The notes under the pieces were generated by a model. That model worked only from the letters and a program-made list of their open reading frames with translations. It searched no databases and had not been told where the DNA came from. The position numbers and the translations under genes were made by a program. From assembly GCF_000014885.1 (NCBI RefSeq), contig NC_011566.1:5257326-5281325 (forward strand): a DNA stretch of 24,000 nucleotides, given 5' to 3'. Positions 9,022 to 18,014 of the stretch are shown here, piece by piece. Source of the DNA: Shewanella piezotolerans WP3. Its GTDB lineage: Bacteria; Pseudomonadota; Gammaproteobacteria; Enterobacterales; Shewanellaceae. Numbering within the stretch: position 1 is the first letter of the stretch; each line of letters opens with the position of its first letter.

Positions 9022-10566
9022 ATGCTGTATCTCTTAGCTAGCTGTATCGCACTACTATTAGGGCCCTTATTTTACCGATTTTTTTCATCGGGAACTGGGT
9101 TACAAAAAGGCCTAGACGGATTTATATTCGTTTCTTTGGGTGGATTAGTGCTGATCCATATTTTACCTGAGCTGCTCGAGCACGGTGGTTTTCTTGCAAT
9201 TGTATTTGTGGTCATTGGGATCTGGGGCCCCACCCTAAGTGAGCGCTTATTTCATCGCTATTCAGAAGTTACCCACAATCTAACCCTTATTCTTGGCATT
9301 GGGGGCTTACTGCTACACACCATTACTGATGGTGGAGCAATGATTTTAGCCCAACAAGATGGAAACTCACCATTACTTGCACTAGGCATTATCTTGCACC
9401 GATTACCCGTCGGCGTCGCTATCTGGTGGTTATTGAAGCCACAAGTCGGCAGCCGCTGGGCTATGATCGTTTTAGCTGGAATGATGTTATTAACCGGAGT
9501 CGGTTATTTTGCTGGCGAGCAACTGCTTTCTCACTTAAGTCTTGAAAATACCGTTTATTTACAAGCCTTTGTTACTGGTTCAATCTTACATGTTGTATTG
9601 CATCAGCCCCATGGACAGCCCAATACTGATACGCAAGGTAAGTTTGAATATCAAGCAGGGATCGGCAGCTTACTCGGTATAGGTTTATTATTTTTACTGT
9701 TAATGATGGACTCTGGCGGCCATGATCATCACCACAGTCATAGCCATTCAACTGAACACCTATTAGATTGGATGCTGACCATTGCGCCAATCTTGTTGCT
9801 CAGCTATGCCGTTGCGAGCCTTCGATTTCACTTTGGTTTGTCGCCTAAAAATGAGTCGCTTGGCCAACGCTGGCTGCAGCGATTATTAGGTCCGGAAGCC
9901 ATCATCATTACAGGCCTGTTGCTCGGACCTATTTTTGCAATGTTCCAAGCCGTTGCCGTGCTATTGATAGGCGCACTACTGACTATGAGTAAAGTAGAGC
10001 CAACCGACCCACATGACTCAGTGCCCAACTCAGCGATACGTTTTGGCTTTGCTCATCTCGTCGACCGTAGCGCGCCTTGGATTGTATTAAGCCTCATTTT
10101 AGCGAATCTAATTGGTCACCCTGCTGTGCCCTTATCTAGCCCTATCGTTCAAGTTGCAGTGTTGCTTTTAGTCTTTTTACCTATGCGCTTTTGCAACCTT
10201 GGCGCTGCCGTGCTTTCACTCTCACTAGCCTATAGCGGCTGGACAACAACAGCTGTAATGCTGCCTTTGATTGCAGCTCCCATTATCAATTTTGCGCAGT
10301 TAAAACTTATGAACTGGCCACAAAGAGCGGTACTTTTATTGCTGCTATTGGCACTCTTAGCTGTTATCGAGTGGATTCATCCCCAATGGCAAGCACTTGG
10401 GCACTTACCCAACCTGCTTAACACGGCAAGCCTTTGGGTTGTTGCCATTCTGTTTGCTGCCAGCCTACTGCGCCTAGGACCACGCAAGTTCATGAGCCGC
10501 TTAATGCTACACAAAGCCAAACCACATGCTCATAAACACTCTCATGATCATGGGCATCACCATTAA
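9022..10566 (+). CDS. His-rich polytopic membrane protein, putative divalent-metal transporter (ZIP-like N-terminal half fused to a permease-like C-terminal half)
   Basis: 514-aa hydrophobic ORF. The N-terminal roughly 200 aa carry degenerate ZIP-like motifs (LHTITDGGAM, LHRLPVGVAIW). A central loop reads GGHDHHHSHSHSTEH and the C-terminal tail reads HKAKPHAHKHSHDHGHHH. Confidence 0.55.
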   Translation: MLYLLASCIALLLGPLFYRFFSSGTGLQKGLDGFIFVSLGGLVLIHILPELLEHGGFLAIVFVVIGIWGPTLSERLFHRYSEVTHNLTLILGIGGLLLHTITDGGAMILAQQDGNSPLLALGIILHRLPVGVAIWWLLKPQVGSRWAMIVLAGMMLLTGVGYFAGEQLLSHLSLENTVYLQAFVTGSILHVVLHQPHGQPNTDTQGKFEYQAGIGSLLGIGLLFLLLMMDSGGHDHHHSHSHSTEHLLDWMLTIAPILLLSYAVASLRFHFGLSPKNESLGQRWLQRLLGPEAIIITGLLLGPIFAMFQAVAVLLIGALLTMSKVEPTDPHDSVPNSAIRFGFAHLVDRSAPWIVLSLILANLIGHPAVPLSSPIVQVAVLLLVFLPMRFCNLGAAVLSLSLAYSGWTTTAVMLPLIAAPIINFAQLKLMNWPQRAVLLLLLLALLAVIEWIHPQWQALGHLPNLLNTASLWVVAILFAASLLRLGPRKFMSRLMLHKAKPHAHKHSHDHGHHH

Positions 10567-10647
10567 ATTATAAATGGCTAATCGCTTAATAGCTTTTCCT
10601 ACTAATGAGTATTAGTCTGTATTTATCACTTTATCTGAAGTTGGCTT

Positions 10648-11430
10648 ATGTGCATTCTATTTGTCGCTTTAAAAGCACACGCTGAATATCCACTCATTAT
10701 TTGCGCTAATCGAGATGAGTTTCATCACCGCCCTACCGAGGCAGCTCATTTTTGGCATGATAATGAGCAACTACTTGCAGGTAAAGATCTTGAAGCGGGC
10801 GGGACTTGGCTTGGTGTCAACCAACGAGGTGCAGTAGCGGGGCTCACCAATATTCGTGACCCCGAACTGATTCAGTCCGATATGAAAAGTCGCGGCGAAC
10901 TAGTCATAAAAGCGCTATCTAGCAGCGAATTAGATGAAGCATGGTTGCAGCGATATAGCCCTTTCTATAATCCATTCAACTTGCTCTTTGGTGATGAACA
11001 AGCGCTTTACTGTTTCGACAGTCGACTAAAACGATACTCGCAATTAAGCCATGGATTTCATTCCATCAGCAATGGCGCCCTTGATGATATTTGGCCAAAG
11101 ATGGCCCGAGGGAGTCAAGCCATCGAATCCCATATCACGACAAACAAAGACCCCAATATCGAAGACTTACTGGCAATCATGACTGATGGTACACAAGCCC
11201 CCGATGATGAGCTACCGCAGACAGGTGTTAGTTTAGAATGGGAGCGGCACTTATCTTCGATCTACATTCAGCACCATGAATATGGTACCCGCTCGACCAC
11301 GATAATAATGAAAGATAAACACGGGAAAGTGCTCTTTTCAGAAGTGCGCTATGACGGTAAAGGCAGGAACCTCGGCCGTGATGACTTTACCATTCAACCT
11401 CAAAATATAACGACTGGGCATTTAACCTAA
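10648..11430 (+). CDS. NRDE-family protein (DUF833 / TANGO2-like)
   Basis: 260-aa ORF starting MCILF, with the literal NRDE motif (ICANRDEF) and GGTWLG, which are the family hallmarks as I recall them. Confidence 0.8.
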   Translation: MCILFVALKAHAEYPLIICANRDEFHHRPTEAAHFWHDNEQLLAGKDLEAGGTWLGVNQRGAVAGLTNIRDPELIQSDMKSRGELVIKALSSSELDEAWLQRYSPFYNPFNLLFGDEQALYCFDSRLKRYSQLSHGFHSISNGALDDIWPKMARGSQAIESHITTNKDPNIEDLLAIMTDGTQAPDDELPQTGVSLEWERHLSSIYIQHHEYGTRSTTIIMKDKHGKVLFSEVRYDGKGRNLGRDDFTIQPQNITTGHLT

Positions 11431-11849
11431 TCGGAAGTATGGTCGTGGGTTATCACCCAACGATCATCTATCTTCTCCACTAACAAAGTGAACACGCCAT
11501 TTGGATTGTCTTTAACACGCTCAAGAGACCATCGTCCAACCACTATTGCTGCGTAGTTGCTGAGCATCTTAGTCTCTTTAATTGTAAATGTAAGATGGCC
11601 TAAGGTCGCCTTGTCTGGGTAATGCTTTTTGTAGGCTGCCAGTGTTTCTTCCCAGCCATAACGGAACTTACCATTAGAGACAAAACGCATCTGCTCATTA
11701 TTCCAATACCCTTGCATATAAGCATCAAGATCGCCGCGGTTCCACGCCGCTTCTTGCTGCTCCAATATACTTGCAATATCATCGGTCGGTACTGCATTTA
11801 CACTGAATGCTACACATAACAGTAAAACGCTAATTCCTTTTTTAAACAT
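11427..11849 (-). CDS. Secreted NTF2-like / DUF4440-type protein
   Basis: I prefer ATG 11849 (MFKKGISVLLLCVAFSVNA is a signal peptide, with GGAG 6-7 nt upstream) over the track's GTG at 11861. AAWNRGDLDAYMQGYW recalls the SnoaL/DUF4440 fold. Its stop codon overlaps the stop of the convergent NRDE gene. Confidence 0.6.
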   Translation of the reverse strand: MFKKGISVLLLCVAFSVNAVPTDDIASILEQQEAAWNRGDLDAYMQGYWNNEQMRFVSNGKFRYGWEETLAAYKKHYPDKATLGHLTFTIKETKMLSNYAAIVVGRWSLERVKDNPNGVFTLLVEKIDDRWVITHDHTSD

Positions 11850-11987
11850 GGCTCTCTCCACACTCAGGTGATTGGGTGTACTATACCCAATTACACATCT
11901 AAGATCTTGTTACCAATTATGCAGGCTCATTGGTAAAAGTCACAGAAAACAATAATACTTATAAAAATAGCTAGGCGGTTTGATCTT

Positions 11988-12539
11988 ATGTTTCAATCAT
12001 TTTGCAAAGGTTTGCTAAAAGTCAGTGGCTGGAAAATAGCTGGTACACTGCCAACCGATCATCAATATGTTGCCATCGTAGGTCCACACACCAGTAACTG
12101 GGACTTCATCATTGGTGTTTTAGCTCGTGGTGCGCTAGGTGCAAAAATTAACTTTCTCGGTAAGCATCAACTTTTCATTGCACCATGGGGCTGGTTCTTC
12201 CGCGCTATCGGCGGCACTCCAGTAGACAGATCTAAAAATAACAACCTAGTAGATGCTGTCGTTGATCTATTTAAATCTAATTCTCACTTTAGCTTAGCAC
12301 TTGCACCAGAGGGCACTCGCAGCCCAGTTACCCGCTGGAAAACGGGGTTTTACCATATAGCCAATAAAGCTCAGGTACCGATCATCACAGTTGGACTCGA
12401 TTTTGATAATAAAACGGTCGTTATACCAGAAGGGATGCAGACTACAAATGACATTCAACATGACATGGAACATATCATCAAGTTTTACCGCTCTATTAAA
12501 GGTCGCCACCCAAAAGTCATTCCCGATTTTAAAAGTTAA
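11988..12539 (+). CDS. PlsC-family lysophospholipid acyltransferase (short form)
   Basis: 183-aa ORF with the HX4D motif (GPHTSNWDF) and the PEGTR motif (ALAPEGTRSP). Confidence 0.7.
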   Translation: MFQSFCKGLLKVSGWKIAGTLPTDHQYVAIVGPHTSNWDFIIGVLARGALGAKINFLGKHQLFIAPWGWFFRAIGGTPVDRSKNNNLVDAVVDLFKSNSHFSLALAPEGTRSPVTRWKTGFYHIANKAQVPIITVGLDFDNKTVVIPEGMQTTNDIQHDMEHIIKFYRSIKGRHPKVIPDFKS

Positions 12540-12621
12540 TACCAATCTGTATGAGCTTAATTGCTTAAAGCTAAATAGCCCGTTATAGTGCAGCCAGTTT
12601 TCAGACATTGTATAAAATATT

Positions 12622-13242
12622 ATGAGCATTGATACTTGGCTGCTGTACCTCTTCGCCATTCTACTGATTGCCATCTCCCCAGGCACTATGGCTGTTCTGT
12701 CTATGGGCCATGGCATCCATTACGGTAAAAGCCGTAGTGTAGCGACCGCTTTTGGTAGCGTAACATCAGCACTGATTCTAATGATGGCATCGGCTGCCGG
12801 CTTAGGTGCCCTGTTAAATGCTACGGAATATGGATTTACTATATTGAAATGGTGTGGCGGAGCCTACTTACTGTTTCTTGGTGTTAAGTTGCTGCTGACT
12901 AAAGCTGATGGACAAGGGTTAAAGCTAGAGCGTACCAAGGGAACTGGTCAGCCTTATCAACTGTTTAAACAAGCCTTTTTAGTGGGGATAAGCAATCCTA
13001 AAGATCTACTATTTTTTGCAGCTCTGTTTCCACAGTTCATCGATATCACAGCTCCACAAGGCCCACAATTAGCTATTCTTGCAATCACCTGGGCTGTAGT
13101 CGATTTTAGTTTTGTAATGATTTATGCCTGCATGGCAAATGTGCTCGCGCCGACGCTAAAATCAAGTAATAAGCTACATTGGTTTGATCGCACTAGCGGC
13201 GGAGTATTTATCACTCTCGCCGCCATATTACTAATCCGTTAA
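12622..13242 (+). CDS. LysE/RhtB-family amino-acid exporter
   Basis: 206-aa, six-helix hydrophobic ORF. The N-terminal SPG motif and the central NPKDLLFFAALFPQF are typical of the LysE family. Confidence 0.8.
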   Translation: MSIDTWLLYLFAILLIAISPGTMAVLSMGHGIHYGKSRSVATAFGSVTSALILMMASAAGLGALLNATEYGFTILKWCGGAYLLFLGVKLLLTKADGQGLKLERTKGTGQPYQLFKQAFLVGISNPKDLLFFAALFPQFIDITAPQGPQLAILAITWAVVDFSFVMIYACMANVLAPTLKSSNKLHWFDRTSGGVFITLAAILLIR

Positions 13243-13246
13243 CCCG

Positions 13247-14470
13247 TTATAATATAAAGCCGATATAACCCTGCAATACAATCAAGTTAACAATATCGAT
13301 GAAGAAGGCACCTACAATTGGCACCACCATAAAGGCTTGTGGTGAAGGACCATTTCGAGAAACCAGCGCCCCCATATTCATGACAGCAGTGGGGGTTGCG
13401 CCCATGCCAAAACCACAATGACCTCCCGCTATAACCGCGGCGTCATAATTTGAACCCATCAACTTGAATGTTACGAAGTATGCAAAAAAGCCAAGTACTG
13501 CTGTTTGCACCAACAGAATAATCAACAGCGGTATAGCGAGATCAAAAATTTCCCACAGTTTCAAACTCATCAACGCCATCGCTAGAAACAGTGATAAAGA
13601 CACAGTACCTAGTATATCGACACATTCACTATTGGTCTTATAACCTCTGGTCAATTCGGTCAAGTTGGTAATCACTACCCCAAGAAATAGTGCGTAAACA
13701 AAGTCTGGCATTTTCATCCAGCTAATATTGAATACCGACACCAAATGCTCAATCCATCGGGCTCCAGCCACACAAAGCAGCAGAATGAATAGCGTTTCCA
13801 TGACGCTCTTAGCGGTCACTCGATCTTCTTCTAATTGATCATAGGTCACCAGATCGGGGTGATCTTTATGGTGATTACCACCTATACCATAAGATGACTC
13901 AAGCTTATGCTTATCAATAAGTCTTTGCGCGACGGGGCCACCTATAATGCCGCCCATGACTAAACCAAATGTTGCCGCAGCCATGGCAAACTCTAGCGTA
14001 CTCATGCCGTAGTTTTCAGCAAAGGTCTGTGACCATGCAGCGCCAGTACCGTGGCCACCTGACAGTGTAATTGAACCGGCAACCAGCCCCATTAAGGGTT
14101 CTAACCCCAAAGCCGTCGCTAAACTTACACCAACAGCATTTTGAATAACAATGTAAACGGAAGCAATGCCAAGGAATATAAACACCTTCTTGCCGCCTTT
14201 TGCTAACAGCTTATAGCTTGCCGCCAAGCCAACCGTACTAAAAAACATTAGCATTAAGGTATTTTGCATCGGCAAAGAAAACTTAAGGGTAATATTCTGA
14301 AAATGTAGCAAGGTGGTGATAGCTGCTACCACTAACCCGCCTATGATAGGTTCTGGGATATTATACTTTTTAAAGAAGCCAACATGACGATTTACGCTAT
14401 GCCCAATAAATAGCACAAGAATTGCGACTAAAAATGATTCCAGCTCTCCGATTGAATATACGGTATTCAT
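13247..14470 (-). CDS. gltS: Sodium/glutamate symporter GltS
   Basis: 407-aa ORF, colinear with my recollection of E. coli GltS: KKYNIPEPIIGG, ITLSGGHGTGAAW, LSLFLAMALMSLKLWE, AGGHCGFGMGATPTA and VPIVGAFFIDIVN. AGGAG lies 7 nt upstream of the ATG. Confidence 0.92.
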   Translation of the reverse strand: MNTVYSIGELESFLVAILVLFIGHSVNRHVGFFKKYNIPEPIIGGLVVAAITTLLHFQNITLKFSLPMQNTLMLMFFSTVGLAASYKLLAKGGKKVFIFLGIASVYIVIQNAVGVSLATALGLEPLMGLVAGSITLSGGHGTGAAWSQTFAENYGMSTLEFAMAAATFGLVMGGIIGGPVAQRLIDKHKLESSYGIGGNHHKDHPDLVTYDQLEEDRVTAKSVMETLFILLLCVAGARWIEHLVSVFNISWMKMPDFVYALFLGVVITNLTELTRGYKTNSECVDILGTVSLSLFLAMALMSLKLWEIFDLAIPLLIILLVQTAVLGFFAYFVTFKLMGSNYDAAVIAGGHCGFGMGATPTAVMNMGALVSRNGPSPQAFMVVPIVGAFFIDIVNLIVLQGYIGFIL

Positions 14471-14623
14471 AACACTCCTATCCGTTACTTCGGCTTAAGC
14501 TTACAACGCTAAAGCAAAAATTAGCCGGCTATTCTGTCATATCTATTAGGGCAATTAATATTAGCTGCGTCCGAATTATGGCTATCTATTGTAATAAAGT
14601 TACCAAATTGCACAACAATCAGC

Positions 14624-14785
14624 CTATTCAGCGACTATTGATGCGCCCTCTTGCTCAGCTAGCGTTGCTAAACGTTCTCTTTCTGCTTTAGAAACGTACT
14701 TTGGCTTATTAGCAGTATTGAGTTTCGCATTGGCTTTTTTAACCTTGCTCATATGTTTTTTTGTGATTTTTTTAGTGCGGTTCAT
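14624..14785 (-). CDS. Small basic protein (53 aa), possibly DUF2986-like; not in the supplied ORF track
   Basis: Hand translation of the minus strand gives MNRTKKITKKHMSKVKKANAKLNTANKPKYVSKAERERLATLAEQEGASIVAE, followed by a stop. ATG is cat at 14783-14785 and TAG is cta at 14624-14626. The lysine-rich N-terminus and acidic tail resemble small conserved Vibrio/Shewanella proteins as I recall them. No clear Shine-Dalgarno sequence is present. Confidence 0.45.
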   Translation of the reverse strand: MNRTKKITKKHMSKVKKANAKLNTANKPKYVSKAERERLATLAEQEGASIVAE

Positions 14786-14884
14786 AGATTTATACTTTTG
14801 AGAGATGAGCCAGTTAAATATTATAGTTTATAGACAGCTACCGCGAGGGGGAGTGACAAGCTAATTGACCAAAAAATCAGTCTC

Positions 14885-15198
14885 ATACCAATTGCATTAA
14901 GTATTTGACCAATTCAGAGCCCCTCAGCCTTTTCAATTCAAAGCGCATTGGTAAAGAAATGGTTATTCCCTTTTAAGCCAATGCAAAGCAGAAGTGGAAA
15001 GACTGAGGGGCTCACGTAGTGCGGGTTTCAAAACGCTGTATGCTTCGCTATGGGATTTGGATATACGACTAAATGGATTTAGGAGGTAGAGCGAAGCTGG
15101 ATGCCAGAGCCGAGAATAACTATTAGCTCAAATTCCACTACTTGCCTACAGCGTTTTGAATTCCCGCTGAATGGTCAAACTTTTAATGCAATTGGTAT
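14885..15198. repeat. Nested inverted-repeat element (about 314 bp): MITE-like repeat or structured RNA of unknown nature
   Basis: The outer arms are 14885-14917 (ATACCAATTGCATTAAGTATTTGACCAATTCAG) and 15167-15198 (reverse complement ATACCAATTGCATTAAAAGTTTGACCATTCAG). Two independent internal hairpins lie between them. Hairpin A pairs 14917-14927 GAGCCCCTCAG with 15003-15013 CTGAGGGGCTC, and contains an inner stem of 14945-14951 with 14978-14984. Hairpin B pairs 15021-15040 with 15147-15167, and contains an inner 8-bp stem of 15042-15049 with 15090-15097. Confidence 0.6.
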
Positions 15199-15259
15199 CA
15201 TTTAAAGAGCTCGCTGCCATGCAATAAGACAAAACAGCCAGCCCTCTAATTATATCAAG

Positions 15260-16702
15260 CTATTGGTTAGCCATGATATTTTCGATTATTTTTGTAGTAG
15301 AAATACCATCTTCAAAACACAGTATCTTAACTAATCCGCCAGCAGCAATAACTTCTTTACCACCAGCAATATCTTCAATCTTATAGTCGCCACCCTTAAC
15401 GAGTAAGTCAGGTAATAAACGAGCAATCACTCTTTGCGGCGTGTCTTCACTAAACGGCAGCACCCAATCCACAGACGCAAGACCCGCTAACACAGCCATT
15501 CTACGACCCACTGGATTTACTGGACGACCATCTCCTTTTAAGCGCCTGACAGAGTCATCATCATTAACAGCAACAATCAATCTGTCGCCTTGGGCTTGCG
15601 CCTCCTGTAAATAGCTCACATGACCAGCATGTAAAATATCAAAGCAGCCGTTGGTCATCACCACGCGCTCACCACGTAACCGAGTTTGCTCAAGTGCGTA
15701 CATGAGCTGATCTTCAGTCACAACCCCAAAGCCAGTCTCACTATGATGAGTATCAGACAATGATTCGATAAGCTCAATGCGGCTCACCGTCGAAGTACCG
15801 AGTTTAGCAACCACAATACCAGCAGCTGTGTTAGCGATTGCACACGCTTCAGCCATAGTACTTCCAGCGGCCAATGAAGTCGCCAGTGCAGAAATAACCG
15901 TATCCCCAGCACCCGTGACATCATGTACCTCTCGAGCTACCGTAGGAATATGAAGCTCTTTATTTTCAGCCGTAATCAACGTCATTCCCTGCTCAGAACG
16001 AGTAACTAACAGCGCTTCTAAATCAAACTCTTCAAGTAATTTATGCGCTTTTTCAACCAAATCAGCTTCACTGGTAACAGCTCCTGCAACCAACTCAAAC
16101 TCATGCAGGTTTGGGGTAAGCAGCGTTGCACCTCGATATTTAGAAAAATCGCTTCCCTTTGGATCGACTAACACTTTGACCCCTTGAGACTTCGCTTGCT
16201 GAATAAAAGCTAGCGGCTCGATCAAAGCACCTTTGGCATAATCAGATAAAATAACCACATCTACATCAGCTAAAGAGTTTGCGGCGCTGTCCAACAACGC
16301 TTGGCTATCTGCTTGCTGGTAAGGTTCTTCGAAATCTAGACGAATGAGTTGTTGGCTACGCGACATCACCCGCAATTTAGTAATCGTTGGTTTATCTGCA
16401 ACCACGTGCCATTTAGGCTCAACACCCAAAGCTTGAATGCCGGTCGTTAATGCTGCTGCGGTTTCGTCTTCACCAACAATACCCGCTAAAGAGACTTGGC
16501 CGCCCAAGGTCGCAATATTCAGTGCTACGTTTGCCGCTCCACCGGGACGATCTTCTAATTGGTTAATGCGCACAACAGGCACTGGCGCTTCGGGCGAAAT
16601 ACGTCCAGTCGGCCCCGTCCAATAACGGTCAAGCATCACATCACCGACCACAAGAACCTTAGCTTTTTCAAATGCTGGCAGAGAATCTTTCATAACACTC
16701 AT
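15260..16702 (-). CDS. hldE: Bifunctional D-beta-D-heptose 7-phosphate kinase / D-beta-D-heptose 1-phosphate adenylyltransferase (HldE/RfaE)
   Basis: 480-aa ORF. The N-terminus [37 protein letters not shown] is colinear with E. coli HldE. The C-terminal cytidylyltransferase domain carries [15 protein letters not shown]. The start may be ATG 16693 (MKDS...) instead of 16702. Confidence 0.93.
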   Translation of the reverse strand: MSVMKDSLPAFEKAKVLVVGDVMLDRYWTGPTGRISPEAPVPVVRINQLEDRPGGAANVALNIATLGGQVSLAGIVGEDETAAALTTGIQALGVEPKWHVVADKPTITKLRVMSRSQQLIRLDFEEPYQQADSQALLDSAANSLADVDVVILSDYAKGALIEPLAFIQQAKSQGVKVLVDPKGSDFSKYRGATLLTPNLHEFELVAGAVTSEADLVEKAHKLLEEFDLEALLVTRSEQGMTLITAENKELHIPTVAREVHDVTGAGDTVISALATSLAAGSTMAEACAIANTAAGIVVAKLGTSTVSRIELIESLSDTHHSETGFGVVTEDQLMYALEQTRLRGERVVMTNGCFDILHAGHVSYLQEAQAQGDRLIVAVNDDDSVRRLKGDGRPVNPVGRRMAVLAGLASVDWVLPFSEDTPQRVIARLLPDLLVKGGDYKIEDIAGGKEVIAAGGLVKILCFEDGISTTKIIENIMANQ

Positions 16703-16849
16703 TACTTTTACAAAATATTAGTCCTTAATTGTACCTAATTTTAGTTCGAGCTGTTACTTAATCTACGTAACTTTCTAGCTGAGGCACTTTTACTTTTGTG
16801 GCTTAGCTACACAAAACATCATCCCGAACAGCCCTCTTACTACTAAAAC

Positions 16850-16858
16850 TGATATAAT
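16850..16858 (+). promoter_or_regulatory. Candidate extended -10 promoter element for the GT9-hldD unit
   Basis: TGaTATAAT at 16850-16858 in the hldE/GT9 divergent intergenic region, about 90 nt upstream of ATG 16948. There is no good -35. Called by pattern only. Confidence 0.25.
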
Positions 16859-16947
16859 CAGCAGTTAAAGTCAGATTAATTTGACCCTAAAGCCATCTGT
16901 GTTAAAAATATTGAAGACCGCAGAACAAGTTAACCCAATAGTGCGAA

Positions 16948-17961
16948 ATGATAATGAAGAGAATCCTAGTTTTTAGACATGATAAAATTGGTGACTTTGT
17001 ACTGCTTTGGCCTGCCTTGAGTTTACTCAAAAACGCTATGCCAGATACCAGCATTGAAGTGTTTGTAACGCCAGTACTTAAGAGTTTTGCGCTCGCTTGC
17101 CCTTATGTTGATCATGTTATTGTCGATAGCGGTGATGATCAGGCAATACGTAAAGAGATCGACGCACGTCAATACGATGCTGCATTGGTTTCTAATTCTC
17201 AATTCCGAATATATAAAATCATTCGTAATCTAAATATTCCCTATGTGTTAGCGCCTAAACATAACTGGTATCAGTACTTTTATAAAAACCGAACAGATGC
17301 ACAATACAAGGTCGGTGAAGGCTGCTGGCGCGGCGGCTGCATGTTAATCGAGGCCTTTTTAACTGCGCATAACATGACGATTCCAGCGCTTCCCAAAAGA
17401 TATTGGGATGTCACAGCAGAGCGTGAGCATTGGCAACAATATTACGGTAAACAAAATGACGAAAAGTTGATTTTTGTTCATCCTGGTACCGGAGGGTCCT
17501 CAGGTAGTTTACCAACAAAAGACTTTATAAAGCTCATCACCCAAGTTGATCAATCAACTCAGCATAAATGCAGGTTTGTGCTAACGTTTAGCGGTGAAGA
17601 GGCGAACTTAGCCGGAGCTATATTTGATGAGGTTAGCAAGCAGGGCGTCAATATTACCCTTGCCAAACCACTAAAAGATCTAACTGATTTTGCAAAATCT
17701 ATAGTTGCTGCAGATATGTTTATGGCTGGCTCGACGGGTCCTTTGCATATTGCAGGACTGCACAACGTGCCAACTGTCGGCTTTTACGCAGGCAGAAAAT
17801 CTCAACCCAAAGTGCGCTGGCAGACGTTGAGCGAACAACATAAACGCTTAGCATTTACACCACCAGAGAGTAAACGAACTGGTCGCGACATGAGTTTAGT
17901 TGATATTGATTATACAGCGAAAAGCATCGCAGAATTTTTAAATACTTACTACACAAAGTAA
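16948..17961 (+). CDS. Glycosyltransferase family 9 (LPS heptosyltransferase family)
   Basis: 337-aa ORF. It has the GT9 N-terminal pattern ILVFRHDKIGDFVLLWPAL and the C-terminal GSTGPLHIAGLHNVPTVGFY. hldD follows 53 nt downstream on the same strand, so the two are a likely operon. Confidence 0.8.
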   Translation: MIMKRILVFRHDKIGDFVLLWPALSLLKNAMPDTSIEVFVTPVLKSFALACPYVDHVIVDSGDDQAIRKEIDARQYDAALVSNSQFRIYKIIRNLNIPYVLAPKHNWYQYFYKNRTDAQYKVGEGCWRGGCMLIEAFLTAHNMTIPALPKRYWDVTAEREHWQQYYGKQNDEKLIFVHPGTGGSSGSLPTKDFIKLITQVDQSTQHKCRFVLTFSGEEANLAGAIFDEVSKQGVNITLAKPLKDLTDFAKSIVAADMFMAGSTGPLHIAGLHNVPTVGFYAGRKSQPKVRWQTLSEQHKRLAFTPPESKRTGRDMSLVDIDYTAKSIAEFLNTYYTK

Positions 17962-18014
17962 GTCTGTCCTTTTAAGGTATTGTGAACAATACCGCCCTAA
18001 AAGTGGAAATAAAT

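Noticed and set aside
12294-12716. 140-aa minus-strand ORF from the track
   Set aside because: It lies antisense to the 3' half of the acyltransferase gene and the 5' end of the LysE gene, both of which have strong family motifs. Its sequence has no recognisable features, so it is most likely a shadow ORF.
15101-15205. 34-codon ORF inside the inverted-repeat element, preceded by AGGAGG
   Set aside because: AGGAGG is 14 nt from the ATG, which is poor spacing. The frame runs through the pairing arms of the element, and the peptide has no features.
16777-16809. Imperfect hairpin AGCTGAGGCAC-N10-GTGGCTTAGCT in the hldE/GT9 intergenic region
   Set aside because: The 11-bp stem has two mismatches and no flanking U-tract on either strand. 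That is insufficient to call a terminator or attenuator.
17982-18014. Upstream start of the hldD ORF given in the track
   Set aside because: The E. coli HldD N-terminus aligns exactly from ATG 18015 ([13 protein letters not shown]). The extra 11 residues have no counterpart.
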